NCBI GenBank assembly: GCA_913040915.1
Contig: CAJWHW010000039.1
Coordinates: forward strand, 1 to 11,828
Direction: 5' to 3'
DNA from: an uncultured Fidelibacterota bacterium
Lineage (GTDB): Bacteria; Fidelibacterota; Marinisomatia; Marinisomatales; UBA1611
Length of the DNA: 11,828 bases
In this document: positions 8,103-11,828 of the stretch, one piece after another
Layout of the letters: every line of letters begins with the position of its first letter
How positions within the stretch are numbered: position 1 is the stretch's first letter
Notes under the pieces: generated by a model
The model's database searches: none
The model's input: only the letters and a program-made list of their open reading frames with translations
Told to the model about the DNA's origin: nothing
Translations under genes and position numbers: made by a program

Positions 8103-9089
8103 ATGAAATTTGTAACCTATACACTTGCTGACAGTTCACAACCGAGATTCGGATTTAAGAAAGACGAATACATAATTGATGTAATTCGGGCAGCTGTCTG
8201 GGCCAATGAAAATAACGGTGATATCAGTTTTCTGGAAATTCCAACCACATTGAAACGTGCTTTAGAAAATTGGGATGAGAATTTTGCCATATTGAAAGAG
8301 CTAAATTCATTTCTACCGGATATAAATATTCATTCCCATTCAGATGGTGGAAAATCCATTGCTGTATTAGAAAAGGATGTGCAACTACTGTCTCCTATTC
8401 CCAATCCCCAATCATTCAGAGATTTTTATGCATTTGAACAGCATGTCCGTTCCGCTCGCAAACTTCGGGGCTTAGATATGCATCCTGACTGGTTCAAAAT
8501 CGCCATTTTTTATTTTTCCAATCCAGCTGCATTATACGGACATGGCGAGGAAATACCTTATCCGAAAGGAACGAATGAATTGGATTTTGAATTGGAGTTT
8601 TCAGTGGTGATTGCCAATGGAGGCTCAAATATTTCTGCTGAAGATGCCGATAGGTATATTGCCGGTTATATGATTTGCAATGACTGGTCAGCTAGAGATC
8701 TTCAGCGGGAAGAGATGGCCATGAGCCTCGGCCCTGCGAAAGGGAAAGATTTTGCATCCAGTTTCGGACCATATATGGTAACGCCCGATGAATTGGAAGA
8801 TGCTGTGGATGATGAAGGAAAACTCCACCTACGTATGACTTGCCATGTGAATGATAAACTCATTTCTGATGGTAACACTAATGATTTGTATCATCCATTT
8901 ACCAAAATGATTGAAAGAGCATCCATGAATGCAAAACTGCTTCCCGGCGATATTTTAGGTTCCGGTACTGTGGGTACAGGCTGCATCCTTGAGCTACGGC
9001 CAGAAAATACAGGCGGCTGGATCCAAAAAGGAGATGTGGTTTCCATGGAAGTGGAACGATTGGGTGTTTTAGAAAATAAGATTGTGTAA
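8103..9089 (+). CDS. Fumarylacetoacetate hydrolase family protein (short FahA type)
   Basis: RDFYAFEQHV, FYFSNP, LDFELE, NDWSARDLQ, GPAKGKDFA, PGDILGSGT motifs. ATG directly follows the hppD TAA, and the gene lies between hppD and hmgA. Confidence 0.92.
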   Translation: MKFVTYTLADSSQPRFGFKKDEYIIDVIRAAVWANENNGDISFLEIPTTLKRALENWDENFAILKELNSFLPDINIHSHSDGGKSIAVLEKDVQLLSPIPNPQSFRDFYAFEQHVRSARKLRGLDMHPDWFKIAIFYFSNPAALYGHGEEIPYPKGTNELDFELEFSVVIANGGSNISAEDADRYIAGYMICNDWSARDLQREEMAMSLGPAKGKDFASSFGPYMVTPDELEDAVDDEGKLHLRMTCHVNDKLISDGNTNDLYHPFTKMIERASMNAKLLPGDILGSGTVGTGCILELRPENTGGWIQKGDVVSMEVERLGVLENKIV

Positions 9090-9169
9090 AATTTGTACTA
9101 AAATAGAAAGGTCACAGAGAATATAAATATTGTTTCAACCAAATTTTCAAAAATCTATATTTAAATAAT

Positions 9170-10318
9170 ATGCCATTTTATCAAAAAAGAGGAGCAATCC
9201 CAGAAAAACGCCATATCCAGTTTAGGGATAAATCTGGAAACCTTTACTGGGAAGAACTCTTCAGCCGGCAAGGCTTCAGCCACATGTATTCCAATGCGTA
9301 CCATATCCATCCACCAACGGCAGTGGAAGCGGTTGGAGATCTGAAAACAATCAATCTTATTTCAGTAGATCAAGCACACCAGCATCGCCACATCCGGACT
9401 GCAAATGTTGATTCCAAGGGTGACGCTATCTCAGCCCGAATATCATTATTTTTCAATAATGATATTGTCATATCCAAAGCACACGTTACAGACTCCATGG
9501 CATCCCTTTATAGAAATGGAAATTCAGATGAAGTACTGTTTGTTCATCACGGTTCCGGTTCATTTAAATCTAATTTTGGATATATGGAATTAAAACCGGG
9601 AGATTATCTTGTGATTCCACGGGGTGTTATTTGGAAAATTAATGTGACGAATGAAATGCATATCCTTATTGCAGAGTCTGCCGGACCGGTAGAAACACCA
9701 GCGCGCTATAGAAATAAATTCGGCCAACTGTTGGAACATTCACCTTTCTCAGAACGAGATATTCGAACACCTGTATTTGTGGACCCTGTTGAAGACTCAG
9801 CTATAGAAGTGGAAGTGAAACTCAGAAATGGCATCCAGACCTACGGCTATCAACATCATCCCTTTGACCTAGTTGGCTGGGATGGATACTATTTCCCATA
9901 TATTTTCAATATTAATGATTTCATGCCCATTACAGGTAAGATCCATCAGCCTCCACCGGTGCACCAAACCTTTCAGGGTCACGGATTTGTCATTTGCTCT
10001 TTCGTTCCACGGTTATTTGATTATCATGATAAATCTGTTCCTGCGCCGTATGCACATAGCAATGTTGATTCAGATGAAATCCTATATTACGTAGCAGGCA
10101 ATTTTATGAGCCGAAAAGGTATTGAAGAAGAATCTATTACCTACCATCCTATGGGACTACCCCACGGACCGCAACCAGGTAAGATTGAAGAATCACTAAG
10201 TGCCAAAGAGACCAATGAATTAGCCATCATGATCGATACATTTAAACCATTGAACATAACAAAGGCAGCACTGAATATAGATGACAAAGATTATCCTTAT
10301 TCCTGGAAAGAATCATGA
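9170..10318 (+). CDS. hmgA: Homogentisate 1,2-dioxygenase
   Basis: P.KRHIQF, GFS..YS..YH.HPPT, RNGNSDEVLFVH, HHPFDLVGWDG, HQPPPVHQTF, ICSFVPR, PYAHSNVDSDE, HPMGLPHGP; 382 aa. Confidence 0.96.
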   Translation: MPFYQKRGAIPEKRHIQFRDKSGNLYWEELFSRQGFSHMYSNAYHIHPPTAVEAVGDLKTINLISVDQAHQHRHIRTANVDSKGDAISARISLFFNNDIVISKAHVTDSMASLYRNGNSDEVLFVHHGSGSFKSNFGYMELKPGDYLVIPRGVIWKINVTNEMHILIAESAGPVETPARYRNKFGQLLEHSPFSERDIRTPVFVDPVEDSAIEVEVKLRNGIQTYGYQHHPFDLVGWDGYYFPYIFNINDFMPITGKIHQPPPVHQTFQGHGFVICSFVPRLFDYHDKSVPAPYAHSNVDSDEILYYVAGNFMSRKGIEEESITYHPMGLPHGPQPGKIEESLSAKETNELAIMIDTFKPLNITKAALNIDDKDYPYSWKES

Positions 10319-10935
10319 TTTTTGACCCGAACGAAATCCCATTTCAGGAAACCCATAAACTCATGATCGGGTCCATTATCCCCCGGCCCATTGCCTTTGT
10401 ATCCACCCAGTCTAATGATGGGAAAAACAACGTGGCTCCTTTTTCATATTTCAACGGTGTATGTTCAAAACCACCGACGATTATGTTCGCCCCTGCACGG
10501 CGTGGCTGGGATGGCAAAGAAAAAGACACACTCACCAATATTAGGGATACAGAAGAATTTGCAGTCAATATAGTTTCGGAATCTTTTGGAGAAAAAATGG
10601 TTATATGCGCTACCGATTTTGATTCAGATGTGGATGAATTTGAGATTTCAGCATTAACTCCCATCAATTCTCAAAAAATAAAACCACCCCGGGTTCAAGA
10701 AGCAAAAATCAGCTTTGAATGCAAATTGAATCAAATTGTTGAAATTGGTGATGGAAATGCAGGTAGTGGATTTGTAGTAATTGGCACCATTGTTCTTTTC
10801 CATATCGATGATGAAATTTATGATAATGGACGTATTCTCATTGATAAACTGGAGCCCTTGGGAAGGCTTGCAGGTAACTGGTACTCGCGCCAAACACAGA
10901 CAGTAAAAATAGAACGTAAGATTAAACCGGATTAA
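10315..10935 (+). CDS. Flavin reductase-like FMN-binding split-barrel protein (DIM6/NTAB, COG1853 type)
   Basis: IIPRPIAFVST, NVAPFSYFN, KDTLTNI..T.EFAVNIV, DEFE, PPRV.E....FECKL, LGRLAG..Y; ATGA overlap with hmgA. Confidence 0.92.
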   Translation: MIFDPNEIPFQETHKLMIGSIIPRPIAFVSTQSNDGKNNVAPFSYFNGVCSKPPTIMFAPARRGWDGKEKDTLTNIRDTEEFAVNIVSESFGEKMVICATDFDSDVDEFEISALTPINSQKIKPPRVQEAKISFECKLNQIVEIGDGNAGSGFVVIGTIVLFHIDDEIYDNGRILIDKLEPLGRLAGNWYSRQTQTVKIERKIKPD

Positions 10936-10944
10936 TTCAACGCC

Positions 10945-10974
10945 AAAAACAAAAAAGCCACATATTTAGGGCTT
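10945..10974 (-). terminator. Weak possible intrinsic terminator or hairpin after the catabolic operon
   Basis: AAGCC(10955-10959)/GGCTT(10970-10974) stem with a 10-nt loop. The U-rich tail (TTTTGTTTTT) is on the minus strand only. Outer TTCAAC/GTTGAA (10936-10941/10975-10980) can also pair. Confidence 0.3.
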
Positions 10975-11029
10975 GTTGAAAAATTAGAAATATTAATTGT
11001 ATAACTAAGTAAGCCTCTAAATTTTTTAT

Positions 11030-11828
11030 ATGAAGACTGAACTAGAAAAAAAAATTTATCAAGCACAGTGCATCGGCAACGTGGAACCAATTGAATATAT
11101 GATTCCCTACCCTTCGATGCGGTCTCTCATTGAAGGGCAAAATATCAAATTTTCCGAACAGATAATTTTTAATAATCCACGAATAACTAATTTACAATTT
11201 TACCAAAAAATTCAGCAAATAGCTCATTGGCTGGATTCACTGGGTTTCCAGCCAAAAGAAAGAATCATTTTATCTGAACTGGGATTTCCACAAACTGAGA
11301 TTGCACTATTCGGAATTTGGCATTTCGGTGCTGTTGCTGTTTTACCTGGAGATGAATCTGTAACGGAAGTAAAAATGAAAACAGGTACAGAAAATATGAT
11401 TCCAGAAAATATAGACCTATTTGACACAATTGATAAATTTCCAACTGAGTTTGATCCAAAGTATAAACCTTTATTGGATGATGAAGCGTTGGTTACATTT
11501 GAAAAAGCCATTGGGATACGCCTTTCCCATTACAATTTACTGGTAAATACAAACTCCATCCAGAAGGCCATTAGCCTAAAAAGCCGGACACTGTTTTACT
11601 GTACACTAGAAGAAAAAACATCCTCGTGGGTGGTACTAAAGGCAATTTTACCCATTTACTGCGGGTGCATAGTTGATCAGGATAATCCTGAATTCACTAT
11701 TGGGAAATCTGGGTGCACTTTCAATATTCGTACAGATTTGAAAAATCATAACCAATTTTTGGAAAATGAACTAGCCATCTGCCCAGAAAATGCTGCTGTT
11801 TTATCCATTAATCAGTCACCAGTTCATT
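11030..11828 (+). CDS. Degenerate AMP-binding (ANL/acyl-CoA synthetase-fold) protein, 3' end runs off the window
   Basis: Hand translation, open for 266 codons: MKTELEKKIYQ...YPSMRSLIE...ITNLQFYQKIQQIAHWLDSLGFQPKERIIL...GIWHFGAVAVLP...DDEALVTFEKAIGIRLSHYNLLVN...AILPIYCG. It matches the ANL N-terminal pattern but lacks TSGTTGxPKG. Not in the ORF track. Confidence 0.75.
   Translation, partial: MKTELEKKIYQAQCIGNVEPIEYMIPYPSMRSLIEGQNIKFSEQIIFNNPRITNLQFYQKIQQIAHWLDSLGFQPKERIILSELGFPQTEIALFGIWHFGAVAVLPGDESVTEVKMKTGTENMIPENIDLFDTIDKFPTEFDPKYKPLLDDEALVTFEKAIGIRLSHYNLLVNTNSIQKAISLKSRTLFYCTLEEKTSSWVVLKAILPIYCGCIVDQDNPEFTIGKSGCTFNIRTDLKNHNQFLENELAICPENAAVLSINQSPVH

Noticed and set aside
5497..10893. 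Short alternative-frame or antisense ORFs inside lrp, hisC, hppD, hmgA and the flavin reductase gene
   Set aside because: Fully nested in confidently identified genes with no independent coding evidence.
11046..11054. A9 homopolymer near the start of the ANL-like gene as a phase-variation tract
   Set aside because: It is in frame (EKKI), and A/T runs of 7-9 nt occur elsewhere in this AT-rich window.
11224..11511. Minus-strand ORFs 11224-11511 and 11265-11459
   Set aside because: Shadows of the longer plus-strand ANL-like ORF starting at 11030.
11030..11828. Calling the ANL-like ORF a pseudogene or a functional acetoacetyl-CoA synthetase
   Set aside because: No stops or frameshifts support pseudogene status, and the missing P-loop and absent family-specific motifs argue against an active synthetase.
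1..11828. CRISPR arrays, tRNA/rRNA genes, IS elements
   Set aside because: The window is almost fully coding, intergenic gaps are at most ~160 bp, and no regular repeats, cloverleafs, terminal inverted repeats or transposase motifs were seen.

Overview
AT-rich bacterial chromosomal window with two divergent gene clusters separated by a very AT-rich ~157-bp spacer (5309-5465). Protein style and gene content suggest an FCB-superphylum organism such as Marinimicrobia; this is an impression, not verified. Left, minus strand: sfsA, an Ig-like-domain lipoprotein, a monofunctional mannose-1-phosphate guanylyltransferase, an 86-aa hypothetical protein and a divergent EF-G paralog (EF-G II type, truncated at the window start and missed by the ORF track). 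Right, plus strand: a tightly coupled tyrosine/homogentisate catabolic operon (Lrp/AsnC regulator, HisC-like aminotransferase, hppD, FAH-family hydrolase, hmgA, flavin-reductase-like protein) with no maleylacetoacetate isomerase gene in the window. It is followed by a truncated, strongly degenerate AMP-binding (ANL-fold) ORF whose ATP-binding P-loop appears deleted (also missed by the ORF track). No RNA genes, CRISPR arrays or mobile elements were seen. The best candidates for new biology are a MaiA-free homogentisate pathway that may use a flavoprotein, the apparent ANL pseudo-enzyme, and the manC-coupled lipoprotein rich in D-S/T sequons.
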